A stretch of 64,000 nucleotides of DNA from Acidimicrobiaceae bacterium (GTDB taxonomy: Bacteria; Actinomycetota; Acidimicrobiia; Acidimicrobiales; JACDCH01). Within the stretch, counting starts at the first letter, position 1, and the number at the start of each line of letters is the position of its first letter. The notes under the pieces were generated by a model. It saw only the letters and a list, made by a program, of their open reading frames with translations, did not search any database and was not told the origin of the DNA. The stretch spans positions 151,837-215,836 of the forward strand of contig JBEEGH010000002.1 in assembly GCA_041166745.1 (NCBI GenBank), written 5' to 3'. The translations under genes and the position numbers were made by a program. This document shows positions 15,343 to 23,930 of this stretch, one piece after another.

Positions 15343-17181
15343 TCAGAGGGCGTAGATCGTGCGGATGACTTCCGCGAGCGTGGTGACGTCGCGGTCGACC
15401 AACGCAACGGCTTCTTGTTGCAGGGTGCGCATCCCTTGCGACACCGCAAGGCGACGGAGCTCCTCTTGAGTGGCCCAGCCGACAACGAGGCGCTTGATCT
15501 CGGGCGTGATGCGCAGGAGCTCATAGACGCCGATGCGATCCTGATAGCCCGTGTCGGCGCAGAAGTTGCAGCCGGCACCGTGCCAGAAGGTGGTGCGCTT
15601 GATATCGGCGCCGCCAGCCTCCTTGTAGAACGCGATCTCTTCAGCGTTCGGCTTGTACGTCTCTTTGCAGTTGTCGCAGATGCGACGCACGAGACGCTGA
15701 CCGACCACGGCTTGCATCGAAGACGCTACGAGGAATGACTCGATGCCCATGTCGAGGAGGCGGTGCAGCGCGGCCACGGAGTCAGTCGCATGCAGGGTCG
15801 AGAGCACAAAGTGTCCTGTGAGCGCCGACTGAATGGCGATGCGCGCCGTTTCCGCGTCGCGACACTCGCCGACGAGGATGACGTCGGGGTCTTGGCGCAG
15901 GATCGACTTGAGGCCGGTGGCGAAGTTGACGCCGACCGCCTCGCTCACCTGGATCTGGTTGATCGACGGGAAGATGTACTCGACCGGATCCTCGACCGTC
16001 ATGATGTTGCGGTGGGGCTCGTTGATCTCGGCGAGCGTGGCGTAGAGCGTTGTGGTCTTCCCACTTCCGGTCGGGCCGGCGCACAACACCATCCCGAACG
16101 GCGCACGCACCATCTTCGAGAAGGTGGCGTGCGTGTCGGTCGGCATGCCGAGGTCGCCGAGACGGAAGAGCGACCGGCTCTTGTCGAGGAGTCGCAGCAC
16201 GCACTTCTCGCCCCAGATGGTGGCGACCGTGGCGACGCGGATGTCGACGTTGCGATCCTCGAGCGCCATCGTGAACTGGCCGTCCTGCGGGCGGCGTCGC
16301 TCGACGATGTTCATGTTGGCCATGATCTTCAGCCGGCTGATCAACGCCGGACCGATGCTCGCCGGCAACGACAGCGCGTCGTGTAATGCGCCGTCCACGC
16401 GATAGCGCACACGGATCTCGTTGTCCTGCGGCTCGATGTGCACGTCTGACGCGCGATCCCGCAACGCCTGGGTGACGATCGAGTTCACGACCTTCACCAC
16501 GGGCGCGTCGGCCCGCAGATCGGCGGCGTCGACCTCGGCCGTCGAGGCTCGCACCGACGTCGATGCTTCGAACGCCTGCACCAACCGGCTGACGTCTTCG
16601 GTGGCGCGATACGCGCCGTCGAGAGCGCGCCTCACCTGGCTGGCCGGTGCGAGGAGGAACTTCGCCTCGCGGCCGAGCGCGGCCTTCACCGCTTCGACCG
16701 CCTCGAGGGTGGGGTCGGCCATCGCCACCGCGATGGCGCCGCCCTCGTCGTGAATCGGAATCGCCTGCGCGGCCCGGGCCACTGCTTCGGGCAGCATGGC
16801 CACGGCTGCCGGATCCGGCTTGGACTGGCCGAGATCGGCCAGCTCCAGACCGAGCTGCGTAGCCAGGGCTTGGGCCAGAGCGGTGTCGCTGATGAGCCCG
16901 GTGTCGAGGAGGAGCTGACCTATGCGCTTGCCGCTCGCCGCCTGGTCCGCCAGCGCGGCGGCCAGCTCGTCGGGGTCGACTTGGTGCTCGCGCAGCAGGA
17001 GCTCGCCCAAGCGCGTGTGCTCCGGCGGGCTGCTGGGCGGTTGCGACGCGGGCACGTCGGCAGCCACAGCTGCGGGCGCCTCTTCCTGGGTTCCGGCGCG
17101 GCCGTCGAGAGGCCGCTTTCTACGCAGCACTTTTCCCGGCACGGGCGCGAGTTTGCTGCAGCCGCAACACGAACGGGGCAA
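15343..17181 (-). CDS. pilB: Type IV pilus assembly ATPase PilB (GspE family); start uncertain
   Basis: The N-terminal T2SSE_N-like region is LGELLLREHQVDPDELAAALADQAASGKRIGQLLLDTGLISD. Walker A is VLCAGPTGSGKTTTLYA. Also present are IMTVEDPVEYIF, ILRQDPDVILVGECRDAETA and TGHFVLSTLHA, plus a tetracysteine motif (CDNC...CNFC). The tracked start at 17181 is a TTG. In-frame GTGs further in, one preceded by AGGAGGAGG, are alternatives. Confidence 0.9.
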   Translation of the reverse strand: MPRSCCGCSKLAPVPGKVLRRKRPLDGRAGTQEEAPAAVAADVPASQPPSSPPEHTRLGELLLREHQVDPDELAAALADQAASGKRIGQLLLDTGLISDTALAQALATQLGLELADLGQSKPDPAAVAMLPEAVARAAQAIPIHDEGGAIAVAMADPTLEAVEAVKAALGREAKFLLAPASQVRRALDGAYRATEDVSRLVQAFEASTSVRASTAEVDAADLRADAPVVKVVNSIVTQALRDRASDVHIEPQDNEIRVRYRVDGALHDALSLPASIGPALISRLKIMANMNIVERRRPQDGQFTMALEDRNVDIRVATVATIWGEKCVLRLLDKSRSLFRLGDLGMPTDTHATFSKMVRAPFGMVLCAGPTGSGKTTTLYATLAEINEPHRNIMTVEDPVEYIFPSINQIQVSEAVGVNFATGLKSILRQDPDVILVGECRDAETARIAIQSALTGHFVLSTLHATDSVAALHRLLDMGIESFLVASSMQAVVGQRLVRRICDNCKETYKPNAEEIAFYKEAGGADIKRTTFWHGAGCNFCADTGYQDRIGVYELLRITPEIKRLVVGWATQEELRRLAVSQGMRTLQQEAVALVDRDVTTLAEVIRTIYAL

Positions 17182-17310
17182 CCGATCATCAACGCTTGCC
17201 CAACAGGGCTGGTTTGCGTGGTTCGTCCCCCTCGCGAATCGTGCCGAGCGAGCATGAATGCGCGTGAAGCGGTACCTTCCGATCGCCGCTCGGCGGCGAA
17301 GGGGTCGGGG

Positions 17311-18450
17311 ATGAGCGACGCGTCGCAGGGTTCAGGGTGGAAGCAGGCGTCGGACGGTAAGTGGTATCCCGCGGGCCCGGCGATCGAGGTGCCCGAGACA
17401 ACGGTGGAACCGTCAGCCCCGTCTCCGCCCACACGCCCGGAACCTGCGGCCAAGGCGCGCTCGTCCAAACTGCGCGTCCCGAAGTTGCGACGGGACCCGG
17501 CACCGGAACCGCGGCACGCCGCGAAGAAGACGGCTGCCGCGGTGCTGGAGGCCCCCACCGCGCCCCCTCCCTCTCCACCACCGACTCCGCCGCCGATTGC
17601 CGCGCCGCCGCCCGTCCCCGTCGTGGAACCACCGCCGCCCGTCCCCGTTGTGGAACTACCGGCTCCCGTTGTGGAACCACCCCCGCCCGCTCCCGTTGTG
17701 GAACCCACGCCCACTCCGGTTTTTGAAACGCCACCCGCCCCCGTGGTGGAGCCGGCGACCGCCTACGTGGCGGCCCCGCTACCGCTGCTGCCGCCCCTAC
17801 CGGAGATGGTGCCGGGCACCGAACCCAAGCCAGGGCCCGGCTGGAAGCGCGGCGTGGACACGAACTGGTATCCGCCCCGGCCACCACGCGTCCGCGTCGG
17901 CAGCATGTACGACGAGCGCCCCGCGCCGCCACCACCGAAACGAATCGGAGTCGGCGGTTTACTCGCAATCGTCGGCGTTCTCGCAATCGTCACAGCACTG
18001 ATCGTCGGCATCGTCGCCATCGTGCAGTCGCAGACGTCGAATGATCCGAGGAGACCCGCGTTGCCTCACAACGTCGGCGACACGGCGCAGACCGGCGATC
18101 TCGCGGTGACCATCGACCGTGCCACCGATCCCTACGTGCCAAGCAATCCGTTCGAGGCCGCGCCGGTTGGTGAGCATCTCGTGTCGATGGACATCACTGT
18201 CCGCAACATCCGCACCGACCGCGAGTTCACGATCTTGTCCGTGACGATGTTCGACCTCACCGACTCCAAAGGTGTTGTGCAGAAGCTGACGATCTCGAAT
18301 GACCTGGCGATGATCGACGGAGTGGTCCCCGCCGACGAAGCTCGGCGCGGCTTCCTCCTGTATCGCGTGACGGACACCGCGACGACTCCGCTCACCCTGC
18401 GCGTGAGAAGCGACTCGACCGCCGGCGGCATCACGTTCACCATTCCGTAG
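17311..18450 (+). CDS. Proline-rich single-pass membrane protein with a C-terminal DUF4352-like Ig-fold domain
   Basis: ATG at 17311 is preceded by GAAGGGG, and ATG at 17254 is an alternative. The N-terminal GWKQASDGKWYP motif is DUF2510-like. PVVEPPPP-type repeats lie at about 17590-17760. The TM segment is IGVGGLLAIVGVLAIVTALIVGIVAIV. The C-terminus VGDTAQTGDLAVTIDRATDP...MDITVRNI...GFLLYRV is typical of DUF4352. The first 187 codons of the tracked ORF overlap pilB and I rejected them. Confidence 0.6.
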   Translation: MSDASQGSGWKQASDGKWYPAGPAIEVPETTVEPSAPSPPTRPEPAAKARSSKLRVPKLRRDPAPEPRHAAKKTAAAVLEAPTAPPPSPPPTPPPIAAPPPVPVVEPPPPVPVVELPAPVVEPPPPAPVVEPTPTPVFETPPAPVVEPATAYVAAPLPLLPPLPEMVPGTEPKPGPGWKRGVDTNWYPPRPPRVRVGSMYDERPAPPPPKRIGVGGLLAIVGVLAIVTALIVGIVAIVQSQTSNDPRRPALPHNVGDTAQTGDLAVTIDRATDPYVPSNPFEAAPVGEHLVSMDITVRNIRTDREFTILSVTMFDLTDSKGVVQKLTISNDLAMIDGVVPADEARRGFLLYRVTDTATTPLTLRVRSDSTAGGITFTIP

Positions 18451-18464
18451 CCGGCGCTCGCGTA

Positions 18465-18507
18465 CTCGAGGCAATGGGCGGCGGTAACCGCCCCCTATTG
18501 CCTCGAG
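18465..18507. terminator. Long imperfect hairpin between convergent genes; conserved with the hairpin at 25159-25194
   Basis: Sequence is ctcgaggcaatgggcggcgg-taa-ccgccccctattgcctcgag. It lies 15 nt after the stop at 18450 (+) and 75 nt after the stop at 18582 (-). There is no clear U-tract. Confidence 0.5.
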
Positions 18508-18581
18508 AATGAGGGGGCAGAACGAGAAACGGCCTCGCCGCGACAACCGCCGCGACGAGGCCGAGCCTCAGAACGAAACCG

Positions 18582-21446
18582 TCAGCGCTTGCGCAGGCTG
18601 CGGGCCGTCAACCAGGTGGCCACCATGGTCACTTGACCGAACAGGAGCCACTTGCTCTTGCGGGCGGGTGTGGGCTTGCGACGACGACCAGAGCCGATCG
18701 ACGCGACGACCAGCACCGGCCGGGACAAGAGCTCGAACAACAAGCCCATCCCGAGCAGCACGATGGCCACGGTCACCCACTTCCCGACCAAGAAGCCGGT
18801 GCGGGCGAGCTTGGCAGGCGCAACGTCTTCCGGTGCGACTGCCACCGGCAAGATGTCGACGCTGTGGCTGTCGGAGTCGGAAGCCGTTTCACCCTCGATG
18901 TCGGTACCGGTGACCGTTGCGGTGTTCGGCAACGGATCGGGGTCGGTCGCCGTCACGACGTGGGTGCAGTTGTAGACCCACGTCTCGTCGACGGCCAACG
19001 TCGTGTCGCCGTTCCCGTCGTCGACGAGCACGACGGTGTTGGCATCGCACACCGGATCGCTGAAGACCACCGTGACCAAATCGTTGTTGCCGGTGTTCTT
19101 CACGCTCACCACGTACGTGATGGTGTCGCCCACCGATGCGGTGTCGGGGCCCGTCTTGGTGACGTCGACCCGATCACAACTGACGTGGATGGTGGCCGAG
19201 GAGCTGTCGTTGTTCTCCTGGTCGGCCGGCTTCTCGTTCGTGGCCGAGACCGTGGCCTTCGGGTTGACGATGTCGCCGCAGTTCTGCTCCGTGGTCGGCG
19301 CAGTGACCGTGACGGTCGCCGTGGTGCCCTTGGCCATGTCGCCGAAGTTGCAGCTCAGGTCGGTGCCGTTGGTGACGGTGCACGACGCGCTGTCGTCGGT
19401 CCAGGTGAGCCCTGACGGCAACGTGTCGGTGACCTGAACGCCGCGAGCGATGGCTCCGTCGTCACCACCGACGCTGGCCACGATCGTGAACGCTGCGTTG
19501 GTGCCGAAGCTGATGCTCGGATCGACGGCCGTCTTCGCCACCGTGACATCCGGATAGAGGATGTCGATCGACGCGTGGTCGGTCGAGCTGGTGTCGCGGC
19601 CGTAGTCGTCGGTACCGGTGACCTTGGCCGTGTTCAGCAGCGGATCGGTGTCTTGCATCGTGACGACGTGGCTGCACGTGTAGTGCCACGTCTCGCCGAC
19701 GGTGAGGTAGCCGTCGGAGCCGATGTCGCTGGCTCCTGGGCCCGTCGGGGCCGAGGCGCAGAGGGTGGTCTGCTCCTCGAGCGTGATGTCGTGCAACCGC
19801 GGACCGATGGTGGTCACGTCGAAGCTGTAGACGACGGTCTCACCGACGTTGGCGGTCGCACCCGCGCTCTTGTCCAGGCTGATGTTGATGGCCGAAAGGA
19901 TGTTGACGTAGTCGACAACGGCCGCTTCCGCGACGTTGCCCTGCGTGACCGTGACATTCACGTCGCCCGCCGAGTTGCTGTTCGGAGGGGCGACGGTCTC
20001 GGCAACGCGGTAGTCGCCGGTCGCGACCGGACCGATGTCGCAGGCCGCGTCACCGTTCTCGATCACACACGTGGCCGGGTCGCCGCTCGGCCAGAGCGTC
20101 GACTCTTCTCCGGCCTGCATCGAGCCGTTGTTGTTGGTGTCCTGATACAGCTGGAACGTCGTGCCGTCGAGCACGCTCGGGTCGCTCGGGTCGACGGTCT
20201 TGCCGTCGAGGTCATGCAGCACCTTGTCGATGTGCACGAATCCGGTTTGGCGCGGGTCGGTGAACGGCGCGCCCGTGAGATCGACGTCCTCACGGAACCC
20301 GACGGTCACCGGCCGGATCTCGGGATCCGGGTCGTAGCCGGTCGGAGCGGAGATCTCGTGGAGGAAGTAGTCGTCGGGTGCGACCATCGGGAACGAGCAG
20401 ATGCCTTGCGCGTTGCTCGTGCACGTGTAGACGGCCGTGCCGGTGGCGTTGGGGTCGTCGGAGGCGAACAGACCGAACTGCGCGCCCGGAAGCGGGTTGT
20501 CGGCGTCGTCGTTCTTCTGCAACTGCACCGAACCACAGGTCGAGACGTCGATGGTCGTCTGCGGCAGACGATCTTGCAGCGCCGAGTTGAACGACTCGCC
20601 GGACGAACGGCTGCGAATGTTGACGTGACCGAAGCCGGGACAGGCGAGCAAGCCGCCACCGGTGGCTTCGTCGAAGGCGACGAGGTCGACGGTGGCCTCA
20701 CCGAACTCGCGCACGCCGATCGGGTCGTTCGTGAACACGTCGGTGATCGGCTCGGCGTTCGTGCCACCGGCGGCGGAGCCGGCCGGGAGGGTGAAGCCCG
20801 CCCAGTTGCCCTTGCCGCTGTCGAGGGCCGCGTCCCACTGGAACGCGGTGATGTTGGCAACACCGCTTCCGCCGGGGAAGTCGAAGGTGATCAGGAGATC
20901 GCCGGTGGTGCGTCCGGTGAAGGGGCACGGGTTGGTGATGTTGTTGCGGTTGAACTCGAAGTTGACGTGGGCGTCGCCGGTGCCGGATTCGCGCACGAAG
21001 CCGAGATCGAGGAACGCGGTGGTCGGGTTGACGTCGGGCGGCCCGGTGATGCGGGTGTTCACGTAGGCGCGCAGGATGTTGTTCTTGCCGGGGTCAGCAC
21101 CGCCGGTGTTGCACACGAAAGTTTCCGGCGCGTTCTCTTTCGAGCTGCCCTTGTACCCAGAGTCGATGGTGTCGTCCGTGACTTGCGTGAGGACGCCCGT
21201 CGCGTTGTCCCAGTCCATCGTCCCGGTGACCGCGGGCTCTTCGACCATGTTGCCGTCGTCTTCGAACCCGCCGACGCTTCCGTTCGGCAGCGGTTGCGCG
21301 GCCGTTTGGAGCATGCCGAAGCCGGCGATCAACAACGTGGCTACTGCCGCGAGTCCGCCGAACCGGCGGCGCCGCTTCCTCGCCTTCGGTGTGCGTACAG
21401 CTGCATGACGTGCACGATGTGCAGGCTTCGCCATTTCTTTTCCCAC
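18582..21446 (-). CDS. Large LAXTG-anchored surface adhesin (N-terminal conserved domain, SpaA/Cna-B-like prealbumin-fold domains, DUF11-type repeats), paralog 1
   Basis: 954 aa. The signal peptide is RRRRFGGLAAVATLLIAGFGMLQTAAQP. A Cna-B-like segment reads GSVQLQKNDDADNPLPGAQFGLF...YFLHEISAPTGYDPD. DUF11-like repeats read DKSAGATANVGETVVYSFDV and VTKTGPDTASVGDTITYVVSVKNTGN. LARTG is encoded at 18795-18809 (ctcgcccgcaccggc on the coding strand), followed by a hydrophobic stretch and a basic cluster. Confidence 0.85.
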   Translation of the reverse strand: MGKEMAKPAHRARHAAVRTPKARKRRRRFGGLAAVATLLIAGFGMLQTAAQPLPNGSVGGFEDDGNMVEEPAVTGTMDWDNATGVLTQVTDDTIDSGYKGSSKENAPETFVCNTGGADPGKNNILRAYVNTRITGPPDVNPTTAFLDLGFVRESGTGDAHVNFEFNRNNITNPCPFTGRTTGDLLITFDFPGGSGVANITAFQWDAALDSGKGNWAGFTLPAGSAAGGTNAEPITDVFTNDPIGVREFGEATVDLVAFDEATGGGLLACPGFGHVNIRSRSSGESFNSALQDRLPQTTIDVSTCGSVQLQKNDDADNPLPGAQFGLFASDDPNATGTAVYTCTSNAQGICSFPMVAPDDYFLHEISAPTGYDPDPEIRPVTVGFREDVDLTGAPFTDPRQTGFVHIDKVLHDLDGKTVDPSDPSVLDGTTFQLYQDTNNNGSMQAGEESTLWPSGDPATCVIENGDAACDIGPVATGDYRVAETVAPPNSNSAGDVNVTVTQGNVAEAAVVDYVNILSAINISLDKSAGATANVGETVVYSFDVTTIGPRLHDITLEEQTTLCASAPTGPGASDIGSDGYLTVGETWHYTCSHVVTMQDTDPLLNTAKVTGTDDYGRDTSSTDHASIDILYPDVTVAKTAVDPSISFGTNAAFTIVASVGGDDGAIARGVQVTDTLPSGLTWTDDSASCTVTNGTDLSCNFGDMAKGTTATVTVTAPTTEQNCGDIVNPKATVSATNEKPADQENNDSSSATIHVSCDRVDVTKTGPDTASVGDTITYVVSVKNTGNNDLVTVVFSDPVCDANTVVLVDDGNGDTTLAVDETWVYNCTHVVTATDPDPLPNTATVTGTDIEGETASDSDSHSVDILPVAVAPEDVAPAKLARTGFLVGKWVTVAIVLLGMGLLFELLSRPVLVVASIGSGRRRKPTPARKSKWLLFGQVTMVATWLTARSLRKR

Positions 21447-21471
21447 CCGTCTCTTTTGTCCGCCGATTCGG

Positions 21472-21488
21472 CGCCGGATCAGATCCGG
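21472..21488. other. 17-bp perfect palindrome GCCGGATC-A-GATCCGGC between the poly-Ser gene stop and the adhesin-1 start
   Basis: Read directly from the sequence. It could be a protein-binding site or a small hairpin. There is no further support. Confidence 0.3.
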
Positions 21489-21496
21489 CTGTTCAA

Positions 21497-22339
21497 TCAG
21501 GTCTCCTTGGCGGAGTCCGGCTCCGCGTAACGCAGGATCAACACGCCCGTGACCACGAGGGCACCGCCGAGAAGAAGCAGCCGGCCGGGATCGAAGCCGG
21601 TGCGGGCCAGGCCCGTGCCGGCGACGGCGTTGGCTTGGCTCGTGTTCTCACCGAGCAAGGAGCCGGTGGACGAAGACGTCGAGCTGCCCGCGACCGACCC
21701 GGTCGACGAGCTGCTGAGCGAGCTGCGACTCGTCGACGACCCCAACACCGAGCTGCTGCTCGACGACGAGCTGCTGGACGACGACGAGCTGGACGACGAC
21801 GAGCTGCTGCTCGACGAGGAGCTGGACGACGACGAGGAGCTGGACGACGACGAGCTACCGCCGGGGTTGGGCCCGCAGGTGTGACTGAGGTTCATCACGA
21901 CCGGCGGATCGACATCGGGATCCGAGTACCCGTAGGCGTCGAGCAGCGTGTCGGCCGTCGCGGTGAAGAGGTACCAGCCCTTGCCGCTCTGCACGACCGT
22001 TCCGCCCGTGACCGCGCCGGCGGTGTCGAACGTGGCCTCGACCGAGGTGAGGTCGGGCGCGCCGTCAACCGGGAAGCTCGGCACCACGAAATGCCAGCCG
22101 TACGGCTCGCCCTCGGGGACGGTGACGCCGCTGCAACTGCCCTCGAAACCGGATGCATACGACGCGCCGTAGAACGAGCTCTTCAAGAACGTGTCGGCGC
22201 CGGGAGGCGGGGTGTTCTGCGGCGGCTTGGCCGCATGAGCAGCGTCGAGCGCGAAGCCTCCGAGGATGAGGAAGACACCGGCGCCCAGGACGCCCACGCC
22301 GATCTTGCGCGAGGGGCTGCGCCGCGCCTTCTTCTTCAT
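21497..22339 (-). CDS. LAXTG-anchored surface protein with about 36 consecutive Ser residues
   Basis: I chose the internal ATG at 22339. The signal peptide is MKKKARRSPSRKIGVGVLGAGVFLILGGFALDAAHA. A globular region of about 130 aa is followed by a poly-Ser run and an S/T/G-rich linker. LARTG is encoded at 21596-21610, then GFDPGRLLLLGGALVVTGVLILRY. It ends 51 nt upstream of adhesin 1 on the same strand. Confidence 0.75.
   Translation of the reverse strand: MKKKARRSPSRKIGVGVLGAGVFLILGGFALDAAHAAKPPQNTPPPGADTFLKSSFYGASYASGFEGSCSGVTVPEGEPYGWHFVVPSFPVDGAPDLTSVEATFDTAGAVTGGTVVQSGKGWYLFTATADTLLDAYGYSDPDVDPPVVMNLSHTCGPNPGGSSSSSSSSSSSSSSSSSSSSSSSSSSSSSSSSSSSSVLGSSTSRSSLSSSSTGSVAGSSTSSSTGSLLGENTSQANAVAGTGLARTGFDPGRLLLLGGALVVTGVLILRYAEPDSAKET
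21749..21856. repeat. Low-complexity poly-Ser coding tract (mixed AGC/TCG/TCC codons)
   Basis: The run of Ser codons was counted by subtraction from the 327-aa ORF translation (about 36 Ser). The 5' boundary was checked against the sequence at 21854-21862, and the 3' boundary follows from that count. Confidence 0.8.
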
Positions 22340-22682
22340 GTGCTGCGGGGCGCGCCGGCGCGGATGCCTGACGCTGCCTTCAGGGTCGGCCGCCTGCTCG
22401 CGTCGCGGTCCGAAGGCTCCGAGCCCGAGCACCACGAGAACGCTCATGGCCAGCAACATCGCCTTGCCGACTCGCCTCATCCCGCTGTTCCTCCTGTGAT
22501 CCAGTGCTGTCCGAGGTCAGGTGCTGCACCCCAACCCGTCTCTCGTTCGTTGTGGGACCGCCCCGCACAACCGGACCGATGGGTGCCTGACGTACTGTTC
22601 GACGCTTGGATGCCCTGGACCTGGCTGAGAACAGTACCTTTCAGCACAGAGCGTCGCCGCATTCGGCGGAGCCGCACGCTCC

Positions 22683-23930
22683 GTGACAGCCGGCGTCGGT
22701 GAGCGGGTGACGGTGACGCAGCGCTGGTGGCACCTGCTGCTGGTGTTGGGGGTCACCATCGCCGGCGCCATCCCCCGGGCCGCCCGCATCGCCGCCCAGG
22801 ACGGCTTCTCGTGGGACGAGTCCTATTACGTCCCCGCCGCTCGGGGCTACCTGCACGGCGACTTCACGAACAACTTCGAGCACCCGCCCCTCGGCAAGTG
22901 GGCCATCGCTGCCGGCATCCGCCTGGTGGGCGACCGACCGCTCGGCTGGCGGCTCGCCGCGCTCGTGGCCGGCATCCTCACCATCCCGCTCACCTGGCTG
23001 CTCGCCCGCCGCCTGTTCGGGTCGGTCTGGTGGGCCACGTTCGCCGCGTTCTTGGTGGCCACCGATGGTCTGCTCATCGTCCAGAGCCGCACCGCGCTCC
23101 TCGACAGCCTCCTGCCCCCGCTGGTCGTGGGGGCCGCGCTCTGCATCGTGCTGCACGTCGATCGCCGCGACGAGCGCCCGTTCTCGCCGTGGCTGATCGG
23201 GGCCGGCGTGCTGCTCGGCGCGGCGATGGCGGTGAAGTGGGAGGCCGGCGGTGCCCTCGTCGGCGTGCTCGTCGGGTTCGTGGTGATCGGGCGGCACGAC
23301 CGGCGCAAGGTCGGCGCCGCGTTGGTCGCGTTCCTCGCCGTGCCCGTGGTGGTCTACATGGCCAGCTACGCCGGACACTTCCAGCACGGGCTGAGCTTCA
23401 CCGACTTCTTCCGGCTCCAGAACAACATGCTCCGCTACCACCAGAATTTTCGACTCGATCATCCGAGCGACAGCTCGCCGTTGACGTGGCTGTGGCTGCA
23501 GCGCCCCGTCGCGTATGGCTCGCTCAATTCGTCCGACCGCATCTCCATCCACATGGCGTTGGGCAACCCCGCGTTGTGGTGGTCGTTCGTCGCGTCGCTG
23601 CCGTTGCTGCTGGTCGTGTGGTGGCGCGAGCGCGATCGCACCGTGGAGGTCGTGCTGTTCGCGTGGCTCGTGTTGCATCTCGTGTGGCTGGTCGTGCTGC
23701 GCCCCGGCTTCATCTACTACCTCACCCCGCTCGTGCCGTTCATGGCCATCGGGGTCACGTGGTCGGTGCGCTGGGTGGCGTTGCGCTGGCGGGTCGGTCG
23801 GCCACTGCCGATCGTGGTGGCCGCCGCCGTGCTCGTCGCCTTCCTGCTCTACCTACCCGTGTGGACCTACCACGACATGAGCCTGCGGCGGTTCCACTCC
23901 CTCATGCTCTTCGACGGCTGGGAGCCCTGA
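22683..23930 (+). CDS. PMT-family (GT39-like) dolichyl/polyprenyl-phosphate-mannose protein O-mannosyltransferase
   Basis: 415 aa and polytopic. The loop-1 signature reads FSWDESYYVPAARGYLHGDFTNNFEHPPLGKWAIAAG. LIVQSRTALLDS is also present, and the C-terminal half is membrane-embedded. It is divergent from the poly-Ser protein gene. Confidence 0.75.
   Translation: MTAGVGERVTVTQRWWHLLLVLGVTIAGAIPRAARIAAQDGFSWDESYYVPAARGYLHGDFTNNFEHPPLGKWAIAAGIRLVGDRPLGWRLAALVAGILTIPLTWLLARRLFGSVWWATFAAFLVATDGLLIVQSRTALLDSLLPPLVVGAALCIVLHVDRRDERPFSPWLIGAGVLLGAAMAVKWEAGGALVGVLVGFVVIGRHDRRKVGAALVAFLAVPVVVYMASYAGHFQHGLSFTDFFRLQNNMLRYHQNFRLDHPSDSSPLTWLWLQRPVAYGSLNSSDRISIHMALGNPALWWSFVASLPLLLVVWWRERDRTVEVVLFAWLVLHLVWLVVLRPGFIYYLTPLVPFMAIGVTWSVRWVALRWRVGRPLPIVVAAAVLVAFLLYLPVWTYHDMSLRRFHSLMLFDGWEP

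Noticed and set aside
19575-21530. 651-aa plus-strand ORF opposite adhesin paralog 1. Similar long antisense ORFs occur at 25629..28976 (1115 aa), 29543..32158 (871 aa), 22641..23678, 24234..25418, 4700..5950, 35720..36958 and 16750..17310.
   Set aside because: All are Arg/Gly/Asp/Val-rich low-complexity translations lying exactly antisense to genes with strong family motifs. This is the typical shadow-ORF behaviour of high-GC DNA. Only the short segment 28638..28976 of one of these frames was kept, because it lies outside the adhesin gene and encodes clear hydrophobic helices.
23853-23930. 78-nt overlap of the convergent 3' ends of the PMT-like and GT87-like genes, considered as a possible sign of mis-annotation or frameshift.
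   Set aside because: Both reading frames keep plausible hydrophobic or terminal sequences up to their stops, and no alternative earlier stop is evident. I kept both calls as tracked and note the overlap as unverified.
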